Shown: positions 39,187-49,652, numbered from the stretch's first letter. The stretch: 64,000 nucleotides of DNA from Trueperaceae bacterium (GCA_965215565.1 CBDCDZ010000004.1:2144001-2208000), one strand, 5' to 3'. A program made the numbers and translations. Notes: generated from the sequence alone by a model not told the origin.

Positions 39187-41100
39187 GTGCAATCTAACCT
39201 TAAACAAACCAGTACCCGCTCAATCGGAGAGCAATTTATCAAACTCGATATTCGCCGCCGCAAGCTCGCAAAGTTCGCCATCGACCTAGCCATTTGGTCC
39301 GTCGCCCCGGCGCTCGCTTTCTTTATCCGTTACGACTGGTCCGTGCCCGCGGAAGGTTACATCGGCATCGTTACCGCGACGGCGCTGCTCGTCCTCTTGA
39401 AAACGGCGGTGACGGTTCCCTTCGGCTTCTACCGGCGAAGCTGGGTCAGAGTCGCGTTTAGAGACGTCGGAGAGATCGTCAAGGTCACTTTGGGTACCGC
39501 GCTCGCCGCGAGCGTCTTGCTCCTCTGGTTAGGTCCGTCCTTGCAGATACCCAGGTCCATCGCCATACTGGACGGGCTTATCGCGCTCTTCGCGATGAGC
39601 GGCGTGCGGGGCGCATTTCGCTACTGGCGTGAAAGCCGGTTGGACAGAGCCGCCGGGGGTGCGGGGCGCAAACGGGTTCTCGTCGTCGGCGCGGGCGAGG
39701 CGGGTTCACTGATCGTCCGCGAGATGTTGCGTCACCCAGAGACAGGGCTCCAGCCCGTCGGCTTCTTGGACGATGACCGCGAAAAGATAGGCTACCGCAT
39801 CGCAACAGTACCTGTGCTCGGCACCGTTGACGATCTGAGCGCCGTCGCTAAAGACCACAAGGTTGACGAAGTGCTCATCGCGCTCCCCTCAACGGACGGC
39901 AGAACGGTGCGCAATATCGTCGAGCGCATCGAAAGCGCCCATGCGAAGCTCAGATACCGCATCATGCCCGGCGTTTACGAACTTCTAAGTGGCGAAGTCG
40001 ACATCAGCCGCATCCGCGAAGTCGAGATCGAAGACCTCTTGCGCAGACCTCCTATCGCACTCGACACAGACGCGATCAGCAGCTATATTACCGGAAAAAC
40101 GGTGATGGTTACGGGCGCGGGCGGCTCAATCGGTTCCGAGTTGGTGCGGCAAATCTGCCGCTTCGAACCTAAAGAGCTGATCTTATTTGGGCACGGCGAA
40201 AATAGCATTTACAAGCTCGAGCGCGAACTCGACCGCGACTGGCCCAGCATTCCCTATCACAGCGTCATCGCCGCCGTGCAAAACGTGGTGCGCTTAGACT
40301 ACATCTTCCAGCACTACCGCCCGCAAGTCGTCTTCCACACGGCGGCGCATAAGCACGTCCCCTTGATGGAACTCAACCCCGAAGAGGCGATTTTCAACAA
40401 CATCATCGGCAGTAAAAACCTCGTCACGCTAGCGCTCAAGTACAAGGTCTCGCACTTCGTCAACATCTCAACGGACAAGGCGGTCAACCCAACCTCAATT
40501 ATGGGCGCGTCTAAGCGGATGGTTGAACGTGTCGTCCAGGCGGCGGCGCGGCAAGCGGGCGAGGAGCAGGTCTTCGCCTCCGTCCGCTTCGGCAACGTGC
40601 TGGGCAGTCGTGGCAGCGTGATCCCCGTCTTTAAGCAGCAGATTCGCGCGGGCGGTCCCGTCACGGTAACAGACCCCAACATGACCCGCTACTTCATGAC
40701 GATCCCCGAGGCGACGCAGCTCGTGCTCCAGGCTGCAGGACAGGGCAAGAACGGCGAAATCTACATTCTGGATATGGGCGAGCCCGTCAAAATTGTCGAT
40801 CTAGCACGCGACCTCATCAAGCTCTCCGGCTTCGAGCCAGAAACGGACATCCCCATCGTCTTTTCGGGTAAGCGCCCCGGCGAGAAGCTCTACGAAGAGC
40901 TAATGACTCAAGAAGAACGCGGCGCATCGACTGCACACAGGAAAATCTTCGTAGCTAAGCCTTCACCGCTGGATATCGATGAGTTAGAACGCACCGTCAA
41001 AGAGTTGCAAGAAGCCGCGCTCAATTCAGATCACGACAAGATTCGGCGGCAACTTGAAGATTACATCCACGGCTGCAACTTTGAGAGCTTGAAAGCTTAG
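39187..41100 (+). CDS. CapD/WbpM-type membrane nucleoside-diphosphate sugar dehydratase
   Basis: Four TM segments, VGAGEAG, TGAGGSIGSEL, AAHKHVP, STDKAVNP, RFGNVLGSRGSV; start uncertain (39136 or 39187). Confidence 0.93.
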   Translation: MQSNLKQTSTRSIGEQFIKLDIRRRKLAKFAIDLAIWSVAPALAFFIRYDWSVPAEGYIGIVTATALLVLLKTAVTVPFGFYRRSWVRVAFRDVGEIVKVTLGTALAASVLLLWLGPSLQIPRSIAILDGLIALFAMSGVRGAFRYWRESRLDRAAGGAGRKRVLVVGAGEAGSLIVREMLRHPETGLQPVGFLDDDREKIGYRIATVPVLGTVDDLSAVAKDHKVDEVLIALPSTDGRTVRNIVERIESAHAKLRYRIMPGVYELLSGEVDISRIREVEIEDLLRRPPIALDTDAISSYITGKTVMVTGAGGSIGSELVRQICRFEPKELILFGHGENSIYKLERELDRDWPSIPYHSVIAAVQNVVRLDYIFQHYRPQVVFHTAAHKHVPLMELNPEEAIFNNIIGSKNLVTLALKYKVSHFVNISTDKAVNPTSIMGASKRMVERVVQAAARQAGEEQVFASVRFGNVLGSRGSVIPVFKQQIRAGGPVTVTDPNMTRYFMTIPEATQLVLQAAGQGKNGEIYILDMGEPVKIVDLARDLIKLSGFEPETDIPIVFSGKRPGEKLYEELMTQEERGASTAHRKIFVAKPSPLDIDELERTVKELQEAALNSDHDKIRRQLEDYIHGCNFESLKA

Positions 41101-41121
41101 GCGCTCATCTAACAGGCCAAG

Positions 41122-41156
41122 CCCCTCAACCTCTTCGTAAGGTTGAGGGGTATTTT
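41122..41156 (+). terminator. Intrinsic terminator
   Basis: CCCCTCAACCT-N7-AGGTTGAGGGG followed by TATTTT. Confidence 0.7.
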
Positions 41157-41232
41157 GTTAGGGGACAATTGTCTATTCAAAGACGGCGCTTTCAGGCCTT
41201 AAACTGGATACTGAGATGATGGGAATGACCTC

Positions 41233-41946
41233 ATGACGCCGACGCTGCCGCTCGCTTTCTTCGCGGGCGTGTTGTCGTTCTTGTCCCCTTGCGTACTGCC
41301 GCTCGTCCCCTCCTATTTAGCGTACGTCGGCGGGAGTTCGGCGGGAGCACGAGCGCCTAGATACCTCCTCGTTCGCAACAGCCTCTTTTTCATCCTCGGC
41401 TTCTCGCTTATCTTCGTGGGGCTCGGCGCGTCCGCCAGCCTCGTCGGAAGCCTTTTACAAGAAAATCGCCGCCTCCTCACACTCGTCGGGGGTATCCTTA
41501 TCGTCTCATTTGGTTTGGTGATGCTCGGCGCTGTCAAGCTGCCTTTCTTGTACCGAGACACCCGCCAGCAGTTCAGCGGCGACAGCAGCACACCCATTGG
41601 TGCGGTGCTCTTGGGCATGGCGTTCGCCGCAGGATGGACACCCTGTATCGGTCCGGTTTTGGGCGGTGTGCTGACGCTCGCAGGCGCGTCGGGGACGCTT
41701 CTATTCGGCGTCGCCCTCTTAGCGAGTTACGCGCTCGGGCTTGCGGTGCCTTTTCTGCTTTCAGCCTTGGCGATAGGCTCGTTTACGCGGTTCTCGAGCC
41801 GTTTCCGCCGCTACCTCCCCTGGGTCGAGCGCGTTTCGGGCGGTATCCTCGTTGTTGCCGGGGTCATGCTCCTTACAGGGACCTACACCGAACTCAACGC
41901 TTACCTCATCCGCTTCACGCCCGAGTGGTTGTGGAGCCGCCTATGA
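41233..41946 (+). CDS. ccdA: Cytochrome c biogenesis protein CcdA
   Basis: SFLSPCVLPLVP and GWTPCIGP. Confidence 0.93.
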   Translation: MTPTLPLAFFAGVLSFLSPCVLPLVPSYLAYVGGSSAGARAPRYLLVRNSLFFILGFSLIFVGLGASASLVGSLLQENRRLLTLVGGILIVSFGLVMLGAVKLPFLYRDTRQQFSGDSSTPIGAVLLGMAFAAGWTPCIGPVLGGVLTLAGASGTLLFGVALLASYALGLAVPFLLSALAIGSFTRFSSRFRRYLPWVERVSGGILVVAGVMLLTGTYTELNAYLIRFTPEWLWSRL

Positions 41947-42674
41947 CGGTGAAAGCGGTCGAGTTGCACAACCTCTCGAGGCGTTACGGCGCGGTCTACG
42001 TATTGCGGGACATCAACCTCACAGTCTCGGCAGGTAAAACGGTTGTGCTACGCGGCGGCAACGGCGCGGGCAAGACGACCTTTTTGCGCGTGCTCTCGAG
42101 CAAGCTCCGCCCGAGTCGGGGCGGCGGCAAAGTTTTCGGGCATGACCTCATCAAAGAAGCCGCTCAGGTGAGAAAGCAGATCGCCTACTTAACCGTTCTA
42201 GGTGGCAGTTACGCGACGCTTTCGGCACTGGAGAATTTGGAATTCGCGGCGAAGCTGTACGGCAAGAGGTTGGGTGGGCAAGAGCTAGAGAGGATGCTCG
42301 GGCGTGTCGGACTCACTGGGGCGAAAGATAAACTGACGAGGACGTTCTCGAGCGGCATGAAAAAGCGCTTAGGCGTCGCGAGGCTCCTCTTGTCGGGCGC
42401 GAACCTCTGGCTTTTAGATGAACCTTACGCCGCGCTCGATGAGGGCGGTAAGACGCTCATTGACGACCTCTTAGTTCAAGCGAAGGCCGAAGGTAAGACC
42501 GTCATGATGGCGTCGCACGATCTAGCGCGAAGTGCGCGGTTCGCGGACAGCGTGTTGGAACTCCGGCAGGGTCAGCTCTTTGCGGCTTCGGCTCCAGTGG
42601 AAGAGGTGGCGCGGACGAACTCTGACGTGCCTGCGGATACGCCGAAGGTCAAGCTCGAGGCTGCCCGTGTCTGA
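41943..42674 (+). CDS. ccmA: Heme exporter ATP-binding protein
   Basis: GGNGAGKTT, FSSGMKKR, LWLLDEP; operon context. Confidence 0.88.
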   Translation: MTVKAVELHNLSRRYGAVYVLRDINLTVSAGKTVVLRGGNGAGKTTFLRVLSSKLRPSRGGGKVFGHDLIKEAAQVRKQIAYLTVLGGSYATLSALENLEFAAKLYGKRLGGQELERMLGRVGLTGAKDKLTRTFSSGMKKRLGVARLLLSGANLWLLDEPYAALDEGGKTLIDDLLVQAKAEGKTVMMASHDLARSARFADSVLELRQGQLFAASAPVEEVARTNSDVPADTPKVKLEAARV

Positions 42675-43344
42675 CCTCGTGACCACCCTTGCACTAGCGC
42701 GAAAAGACCTCTTGCAAGAGGTTCGCAGCAAAGCTGTTACGGTAGCGACGCTCTTTTTCTCCGGCTTGGTGCTCGTCATCCTCGCTTTCGCCATCGGTCC
42801 GAGTGACGCCGCTCTAGCCAACGCCGCGCCCGGCGTGCTCTGGGTGGCGCTCGCCTTTGCCGGGGTCATCTCGGCGGCGCAGAGTTATCAGACGGAGCTT
42901 GAAGAGGGAGCCCTGGAGCAACTCCTGCTCTACCCCGTGCCGCGAGCAGTCATCTTCCTGGGCAAACTCGCCGCGAACTGGCTCTTCATGAGCCTCTTGG
43001 GGTTCATTCTCCTACCGCTCAGTACGACGCTTTTCGGCGCGTCTCTAACGGAGAACTGGGCGTGGCTCCTCCTCACGATTCTGCTCGGCACGTTAGGCTT
43101 TTCGCTCATCGCTACGTTTTACGCGGCGCTGACCGCGAACCTTAGAGCGAGGGAGTCCCTACTGCCCGTTCTGATGTTTCCCGTCGTCGTCCCGGTGCTG
43201 CTCGCGGCGGTGCGTTCCACAGGTGAAATCATGCGTTCAGGCAACCTGCAAATCGCGCAGGACTGGTTACAATTATTAGCAGGATTCGACCTCATCTATC
43301 TGGTGGTCTGCACAGCTATTTTCCCTTTTGTTGTTGAAGAGTAG
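42667..43344 (+). CDS. ccmB: Heme exporter permease
   Basis: PGVLWVAL, ELEEGALEQLLL, LLPVLMFP. Confidence 0.9.
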   Translation: MSDLVTTLALARKDLLQEVRSKAVTVATLFFSGLVLVILAFAIGPSDAALANAAPGVLWVALAFAGVISAAQSYQTELEEGALEQLLLYPVPRAVIFLGKLAANWLFMSLLGFILLPLSTTLFGASLTENWAWLLLTILLGTLGFSLIATFYAALTANLRARESLLPVLMFPVVVPVLLAAVRSTGEIMRSGNLQIAQDWLQLLAGFDLIYLVVCTAIFPFVVEE

Positions 43345-43422
43345 CGTGAACGTGAAATATTTCTATAGATGGTTATCTCGCTTGGTACACGCACCGACAA
43401 CTATGAAGTCAGAGGAGTACGA

Positions 43423-44166
43423 ATGACATCACAAACCATGAAACAAGAACGTCCGCAAAGGCGTCCCATGTGGCTCAACCTCTTCGGGCTCTTCGTCCTC
43501 GCCCTTCTCGGCGTCGGGATGTTCATGGCGCTCGTCACCTCGCCCGCAGACGTAAACCAGGGCAATTTGATTCGCATCATGTACGCGCACGTTTCCGTTG
43601 CGTGGATTAGCTTCGTCGCGATTGTCGCCACGGCGATTTTCGGCTCGCTCTTCTTGTGGCGCAGCAAAAAGATGGATGACATTTTGGCAGTCGCAAGCGC
43701 GGAGATGGCGGTGCTTTACGCAGGGCTTACGCTTATCGGCGGCATGACCTACAGCAAACCGACTTTGAACACATGGTGGACGTGGGACGCGAAGCTGACC
43801 TTGACGGCACTCATGTTCGCACTACTAGTCGGCTACTTTATCGTGCGCGGTTTGATTGATGACCCTGAGCGGCGTGGGCGAGTCAGCGCGGTGGTGAGCA
43901 TCATCACAGCGGTGAGCTTACCTTTTAACTATTTGGCGTCAGAATGGTTCCGCACGCTGCACCCAGCGAAGAGTGTCAACTTGGACGGCAGCGGCGTGAC
44001 GATGGAACCGGCGATGCTGCAAACGCTTCTTTTCAACGTCGCGGTGGCGGGGCTCATCTATGTGTACTTTATGTTTGAGCGCGTGCGCATCGGGCGGCTC
44101 GAGGCGAAGCTCAGCGAAGCGGAGGAACGCGAGAGCGCGCCACGTGGGGAGGTCGTTCATGTTTGA
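43423..44166 (+). CDS. ccmC: Heme exporter / chaperone CcmC
   Basis: RIMYAHV, WWTWDAKLT (WWD), RTLHP. Confidence 0.92.
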   Translation: MTSQTMKQERPQRRPMWLNLFGLFVLALLGVGMFMALVTSPADVNQGNLIRIMYAHVSVAWISFVAIVATAIFGSLFLWRSKKMDDILAVASAEMAVLYAGLTLIGGMTYSKPTLNTWWTWDAKLTLTALMFALLVGYFIVRGLIDDPERRGRVSAVVSIITAVSLPFNYLASEWFRTLHPAKSVNLDGSGVTMEPAMLQTLLFNVAVAGLIYVYFMFERVRIGRLEAKLSEAEERESAPRGEVVHV

Positions 44167-44296
44167 ATCTCTGAGCGCATGGGGCTGGGTCGCGTTCGCG
44201 TGGGCGCAGCTTTTTATCGCGTACGGTGGCTATTTGGGGTATCTACGTTGGCGTGAACAGCGACTATTACGGGAGGACGAGCAATTAAACGATTAG
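44159..44296 (+). CDS. ccmD: Heme exporter protein D
   Basis: Small single-TM ORF (WGWVAFAW...YLRWR) between ccmC and ccmE. Confidence 0.75.
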   Translation: MFESLSAWGWVAFAWAQLFIAYGGYLGYLRWREQRLLREDEQLND

Positions 44297-44709
44297 TGTA
44301 CAGCGTAGCGGGCGTGGCAATTTTGGGCGTGGCGAGCTTCTTTATTTATCAGGCACTCTCCTCGAGCCTCGTCTACTTCATCTTGCCGAGCGAATACGCC
44401 GCGAGTCCGAGCGAATACGATGGGCAGCTCATCCGTTTGGGCGGTATGGTCGCCGAGGACAGCGTCAATTACGACAGCGACAACGTGACGCTCACCTTTC
44501 ATGTGACGGACAGCATCGAGGCGTACCCAGTGAGCTACCCCGCCTCACCGCCTGAGTTATTCAAGGAAAATACAGGCGTCGTGATTGAGGGCAGTTTCGA
44601 CGGGGACACCTTCATGGGTGATAACCTCTTGATCAAGCACAGCGAGAATTACCAAGCCATAGAGGGCGAAGAGGTTGACTTAGAACTCTTAAAGGACAGT
44701 TTGCAGTGA
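44284..44709 (+). CDS. ccmE: Heme chaperone CcmE (start ATT 44284 or GTG 44296)
   Basis: LVYFILPSE, IRLGGMV, PELFKE, LIKHSENY. Confidence 0.9.
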   Translation: MKRLVYSVAGVAILGVASFFIYQALSSSLVYFILPSEYAASPSEYDGQLIRLGGMVAEDSVNYDSDNVTLTFHVTDSIEAYPVSYPASPPELFKENTGVVIEGSFDGDTFMGDNLLIKHSENYQAIEGEEVDLELLKDSLQ

Positions 44710-46700
44710 CAGATTTTTTTACACTTAGTTTGGGACAGTTGGGCGGCTCGAGCGTCCTCTTAGCCGTTGGCGTCATTATTTACGCGATTGTCGTGGGTGT
44801 TTTGGGCGCAGTTCGTCAAGATGCGCGGCTCCAGACTTCGGCTCGCTTCGCCGCCGTTGCCGCCTTTCTCGCGACGACGACTGCCGTGCTCGTCATGGAA
44901 GCCGCACTTTTAACGGATGACTTCAGCGTGAAATATGTGGCGGAGCACTCGAGCAGCCTCTCCCCGCTCTGGGTCAAAATTGTGACGCTCTGGGCGGCGC
45001 TAGAAGGCTCGGTGCTCCTCTGGGCGTGGCTGCTGACCGCGTACACCGCCGTTCTCGCCATGACCGCGCCGAATAACGCTCTGCGCCCCTGGGCGCTCGT
45101 CACCATGCAGATCGTGCAACTCTTCTTCGTCGGCATCGTCGCGACGATTGCGAACCCGTTTATCGTCCTCGCGAATCCGCCGCTGGATGGACCCGGACCA
45201 AATCCTCTATTACAGAATCACTGGATGATGGCGGTGCACCCCTTCTTAATGTATTTAGGCTTTGTTGGCTTGACGGTCCCCTTCGCCTTTGCGATGTCCG
45301 CGCTCATCACCAAGCGCCCCGGCTCGGAGTGGATGAGCCAGACGCGGACGTGGACCTTGACAGGTTGGGGCTTCTTGAGCGCCGCGATTATTGCAGGCGG
45401 CTGGTGGAGCTACGAGATTTTGGGCTGGGGCGGCTACTGGGCGTGGGACCCGGTGGAGAACGTCTCGTTCTTGCCGTGGCTCACAGCAACCGCGTTCATC
45501 CACAGTGTCCAGGTGCAAGAGCGGCGGCGGATGCTTAAAGCGTGGAATATCCTCCTCATCACACTGACCTTCGCCCTCACGATTTTAGGAACGTTCCTGA
45601 CGCGCTCGGGCGTCGTTTCGTCGGTTCACGCCTTCGGGGATGGACCCGTCGGACCTGCGTTTTTCGTCTTTTTCATCCTCACTGTGCTGATTTCATTCGG
45701 GCTTTTGGCACTTCGCTGGGACCAGGTGCAAGACCGGGCGGAACTCGACTCGCCGGTCTCGAGGGAGGGCAGCTTCCTCTTCGGCAACGTGCTCTTCTTA
45801 GCAATGGCGTTCACCATTCTTTTAGGCACGCTCTTTCCGCTCTTAGTCGAAGCGACGACGGGCAACAAGGTTACGGTAGGTGCGCCCTTCTTCGATCAGG
45901 TGAGCATCCCGATTTGGCTCGTCGTGTTCGCGCTGATGGGCGTCGGACCGCTCTTACCCTGGCGCAAGGCGGACAACCAATCTCTCTTGGTCAACCTCGG
46001 CTGGCTCGTCGGGGGGGGCGTCATCACTGGGCTCGTCGTGTACCTTTTGGGCGTACAGAAGCTTTATCCGCTACTGACAGTCGCGCTCGCGGGTTACAAC
46101 TTGGTTAGCGTCGGGCTCTTACTAAGTGGAGCGATTCGTCCGCGAGTCCGCGCGACTAAGCGGAGCGTTGCGTCGGTTTTCGGACAATACGCTTTGGAAA
46201 ACCGCCGCCGCTTCGGGTCCATCATCACGCACTTGGGCGTCATCGTCATTGCGCTCGGTATCGCAGGCAGCGGCGGCTACCGCGTGGACGAGCAGGTGCG
46301 CATCAACATCGGCGAGAGCGCAATGTTTAAGGGCTACGAACTCTTCGCGCAAGATATCTTCATGGAGCAGACGCCGGGACGCATCAGCTCGGGCGGCGTG
46401 GTGGAGGTGCGGCGCGGCGGCGAACTTGTGACGACAATGCGTCCGCAAAACAACCTCTTCGCGGGCTCGCAACAACTCGTGCCCACGCCCGACGTGTACT
46501 ACACGCCCCTTCACGACCTCTACCTCAATGTGAGCACGGTGCGTCCCGGACAGGACCACCTCATCTTGCGCGTGGTGCAGAGTCCCTTAGTCACCTGGAT
46601 TTGGGTGGGCGGCTTTATCTTGGCGTTCGGCACGGTCTACAGCCTCATTCCGCAACGTGAACGCAAGCCGCGCACAGAGAGTAGGGCGGTGACGGCGTGA
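44706..46700 (+). CDS. ccmF: Heme lyase CcmF
   Basis: GPNPLLQ, HPFLMYLG, LGWGGYWAWDPVEN, SVHAF. Confidence 0.96.
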   Translation: MTDFFTLSLGQLGGSSVLLAVGVIIYAIVVGVLGAVRQDARLQTSARFAAVAAFLATTTAVLVMEAALLTDDFSVKYVAEHSSSLSPLWVKIVTLWAALEGSVLLWAWLLTAYTAVLAMTAPNNALRPWALVTMQIVQLFFVGIVATIANPFIVLANPPLDGPGPNPLLQNHWMMAVHPFLMYLGFVGLTVPFAFAMSALITKRPGSEWMSQTRTWTLTGWGFLSAAIIAGGWWSYEILGWGGYWAWDPVENVSFLPWLTATAFIHSVQVQERRRMLKAWNILLITLTFALTILGTFLTRSGVVSSVHAFGDGPVGPAFFVFFILTVLISFGLLALRWDQVQDRAELDSPVSREGSFLFGNVLFLAMAFTILLGTLFPLLVEATTGNKVTVGAPFFDQVSIPIWLVVFALMGVGPLLPWRKADNQSLLVNLGWLVGGGVITGLVVYLLGVQKLYPLLTVALAGYNLVSVGLLLSGAIRPRVRATKRSVASVFGQYALENRRRFGSIITHLGVIVIALGIAGSGGYRVDEQVRINIGESAMFKGYELFAQDIFMEQTPGRISSGGVVEVRRGGELVTTMRPQNNLFAGSQQLVPTPDVYYTPLHDLYLNVSTVRPGQDHLILRVVQSPLVTWIWVGGFILAFGTVYSLIPQRERKPRTESRAVTA

Positions 46701-47311
46701 GTGACCAGACCGACAAGGGTATGAGTAGCACTACAGTAGATAGCTCGAGCGCGGTGAACGCAAACGGCTTAAAACGCCTTCTCATCGTCGTCATCGTCGT
46801 GTCGCTGCTCGGTGCACTCTTCGCTTACGGGCTCCTGACCGATCAAAGGGACCGCTCCGACATCGGCTCGCCGCTTGTGGGTAAAGAATTGCCCGCCTTC
46901 ACCATGCCTCTTTTCAGCCGCTACGCGCCCGAGTACGGTGAGACCTTCGTCTACGCCGAGCACGCCGGGCAGCAGCCGATGGTGGTCAACTTCTGGGCGT
47001 CGTGGTGTGCGCCCTGCTTCGCCGAAGCGCCCGAGTTACAAGCGGCAGCGGAAGAATATGGCGGCGAGGTGCTCTTCGTCGGCATCAACACGCAAGACGG
47101 CAACCAAGAGAACGCTCGAGATTTCCTCAACCGCTTCAACCTTACCTTCCCGAATGGACGCGACGAGAACAGCCGCGTGAGCGTGGAGTACGGCATCTTC
47201 GGACTCCCTGAGACCTTCTTCATCAACGCGGACGGAACGCTCAACTACAAACACGCGGGACCGCTCACGCCCGGAATTCTCGCGGAGCAAACGCAAGCTC
47301 TGATTCAATGA
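46697..47311 (+). CDS. ccmG: CcmG/TlpA thiol-disulfide reductase
   Basis: VNFWASWCAPC, GLPETFFI. Confidence 0.88.
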   Translation: MSDQTDKGMSSTTVDSSSAVNANGLKRLLIVVIVVSLLGALFAYGLLTDQRDRSDIGSPLVGKELPAFTMPLFSRYAPEYGETFVYAEHAGQQPMVVNFWASWCAPCFAEAPELQAAAEEYGGEVLFVGINTQDGNQENARDFLNRFNLTFPNGRDENSRVSVEYGIFGLPETFFINADGTLNYKHAGPLTPGILAEQTQALIQ

Positions 47312-47772
47312 AAGCTGTGATGATTAGATTTTTGACCCTTCTACTTCTCTTTGTCGCTTTCGCGGGGGCACAAGAGGTCCAACTCGAGGCGCAAGTCTTC
47401 GACATCGCCCGCGAACTGCGCTGCCCCGTCTGTCAAGCCGAATCCGTCGCCGATTCGAACTCGCAGACGAGCATCGAGATGCGCAACATCATCAACGAAC
47501 GCTTGCAAGCGGGCGACAGCCGCGCAGAGGTACTCGACTACTTCAGGGCACGATACGGCGACTGGATTCTCCTCTCGCCGCCCAAACGCGGCGTCCACCT
47601 CTTCGTGTGGGTGGTGCCTATCCTAGCTGGGCTCTTGCTCGTCGCCGGGCTCGTCTACTACCTGCGCCGCTGGACGCGCAACGCGGAGAAACCTATCGAG
47701 GCGGACGAGGCAGAGTTAGAGCGGGTAAGGCTCGAGCTAAACCGCCAAAGCCAAAGAGGGAGTGAGGCGTAA
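47308..47772 (+). CDS. ccmH: Cytochrome c biogenesis protein CcmH
   Basis: ELRCPVCQ, RYGDWILLSP. Confidence 0.92.
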   Translation: MKAVMIRFLTLLLLFVAFAGAQEVQLEAQVFDIARELRCPVCQAESVADSNSQTSIEMRNIINERLQAGDSRAEVLDYFRARYGDWILLSPPKRGVHLFVWVVPILAGLLLVAGLVYYLRRWTRNAEKPIEADEAELERVRLELNRQSQRGSEA

Positions 47773-49052
47773 TGGGCATCGTCGTCATCGTCCTCCTGGC
47801 TGGACTCATCTTCGCCTACCTCGCCGTCCCGCTGCTCGTGCCGAGCCAAGCGGACCCGCTGCCGAACTTGCGCGACCCCATCACCCAAGACTTGGAAGAG
47901 GAGCGCGACGCCCTCTTCCGGGCGATTCGCGAACTCGATGCCCGTGAAGACCTTCCCGAAACGCGCCGCGCCGAACTCCACGCCCGCTATGAGGCGAAAG
48001 CGGCAAAGGTTTTAAGGGCACTGGACGAGCGTCAAGCAGAACTAAGGGGACAGCCCACCGTTAAGCGTCCTACCACCCCACGCCGTATTCCTTATGCGGT
48101 ACTGAGCTTGCTCGGCATCATGGTGGTGAGCGCGTCACTTTTAGGGGGCAACCTCGCCGCGAGAGTCGGCGAAGACGCCACCGTGACGACCTCGGATGAA
48201 GGGCAGCTCGAGGCAGGACGCGAACTTCTGGAGTTACAAAACGCCGTCCGCCGCGACCCCACCGAAGAGACGCTCCTCTCGCTCGCGGACGCCTACTGGC
48301 GCTTAAACGACGCCGACCAAGCCGAAGCGACGTATCAGCGCATCATCGCGGAGGTAGACCCGACACCCGCCGTCGCCTATCGCCGCTTAGGATTTCTGAC
48401 CTTGCAAGAGGACACGCAAGCCGCGCTAGGCTACCTGGAGCGGGCGAGAACCGCCGATCCGCAAGACTTGGAAACGCTCTTCGCGCTGGGTGAACTCTAC
48501 TTCGCGATGGGCAACGTTCAAGCAGCGGAGGAAACGTGGGAGAGCTACTTAGCTGCGCCTGGTGGAGCCGAAGATGGAGAGGTGCAAGCGAGGCTACAGA
48601 CGGTACGCGAACTCGCGCCGCTCGTCCAAGCTGCGACGGACAACCCGTCTGAGGCCAACCTCATCGCCCTCGCGGACGCCTACTGGCAGCGCGAAGAGCG
48701 CGAGAGCGCCTCGAGCGTCTACCTCCGCGTTTTATCGGAAGTCAACCCGAACAATGCCCAAGCCATGAGCCGCATCGGGCAGATGCTCTTTTTTAGCGGA
48801 CGCAACGAGGACGCGGTTGCAGCACTCGAGCGGGCGCGAACCGCGAATCCTGAAAACCTGCAAACGCTCCTCTTTTTGGGCAACGCGCACTTCAGCTTAG
48901 GGCAGTTTCAAGCCGCGATTGACGTGTGGGAGTCGTACGTCGAGGTGGCGGGCGGACCCGAGCGGGCGGGGCGCGTGCCGGGTTTGATTCAGGACGCGCG
49001 GGACAGGCTGAGCAACGCGCCACAAAATAGCCAAGAGGACGGGGCCTCTTAG
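47772..49052 (+). CDS. CcmI/CycH-like TPR protein
   Basis: Two TM segments, IRELD motif, duplicated TPR blocks (LADAYW twice). Confidence 0.8.
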   Translation: MGIVVIVLLAGLIFAYLAVPLLVPSQADPLPNLRDPITQDLEEERDALFRAIRELDAREDLPETRRAELHARYEAKAAKVLRALDERQAELRGQPTVKRPTTPRRIPYAVLSLLGIMVVSASLLGGNLAARVGEDATVTTSDEGQLEAGRELLELQNAVRRDPTEETLLSLADAYWRLNDADQAEATYQRIIAEVDPTPAVAYRRLGFLTLQEDTQAALGYLERARTADPQDLETLFALGELYFAMGNVQAAEETWESYLAAPGGAEDGEVQARLQTVRELAPLVQAATDNPSEANLIALADAYWQREERESASSVYLRVLSEVNPNNAQAMSRIGQMLFFSGRNEDAVAALERARTANPENLQTLLFLGNAHFSLGQFQAAIDVWESYVEVAGGPERAGRVPGLIQDARDRLSNAPQNSQEDGAS

Positions 49053-49061
49053 CCTCTGAGT

Positions 49062-49652
49062 ATGTCAGACACGCCATCCGATAAAGGGAAAAGAGCCTCC
49101 TCCGAGCCTCCAATGAGTGAAGAGCGCCGTACCGTTATCAAATGGCTCTGGCGCGTGCCGGTTCTAGCGACGCTCGCCGCAGCCGGCTGGGGCGTTAAAG
49201 AGGCGTACGACGTTCACTTCAACAAGGCGCGTCCAGATGAAAACCCGACTTTCACTCCGAAGGTTCCTCAGCGCGTCGCCGCTCTGTCTAATTTCGAAAA
49301 GGTCTGGAGCGCGGTTCCCTTCGTTTTAGAGGGAACGCCCGCGCTCGCTCTGCGCTTACCCGAGCCGATGGCGGGGGGGCTCGAGGCGAACGGCAATCAC
49401 TACGCCGCCTTTAGCCAGGTCTGCACGCACCTGGGCTGCTTGGTCAACCTGAACGACAACCTCGAAGCCATCAACTTCGCCTTTAACTACCGCACCGAGC
49501 ACCCCGCGCTAGTCTGCCCTTGTCACCTGAGCGTATTTGCGCCCTTAGAGTCAGGCAGAGCAGTGAGCGGTCCAGCGGTGGAGCCGCTTTCGAGGGTGCA
49601 GCTTAGGATGGAAGGAGATGCGCTCTTTGCGGTAGGACTGGAAGAGGTCTAG
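49062..49652 (+). CDS. Rieske 2Fe-2S protein with Tat-like RR
   Basis: CTHLGC and CPCHLSVF; ERRTVIK. Confidence 0.9.
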   Translation: MSDTPSDKGKRASSEPPMSEERRTVIKWLWRVPVLATLAAAGWGVKEAYDVHFNKARPDENPTFTPKVPQRVAALSNFEKVWSAVPFVLEGTPALALRLPEPMAGGLEANGNHYAAFSQVCTHLGCLVNLNDNLEAINFAFNYRTEHPALVCPCHLSVFAPLESGRAVSGPAVEPLSRVQLRMEGDALFAVGLEEV

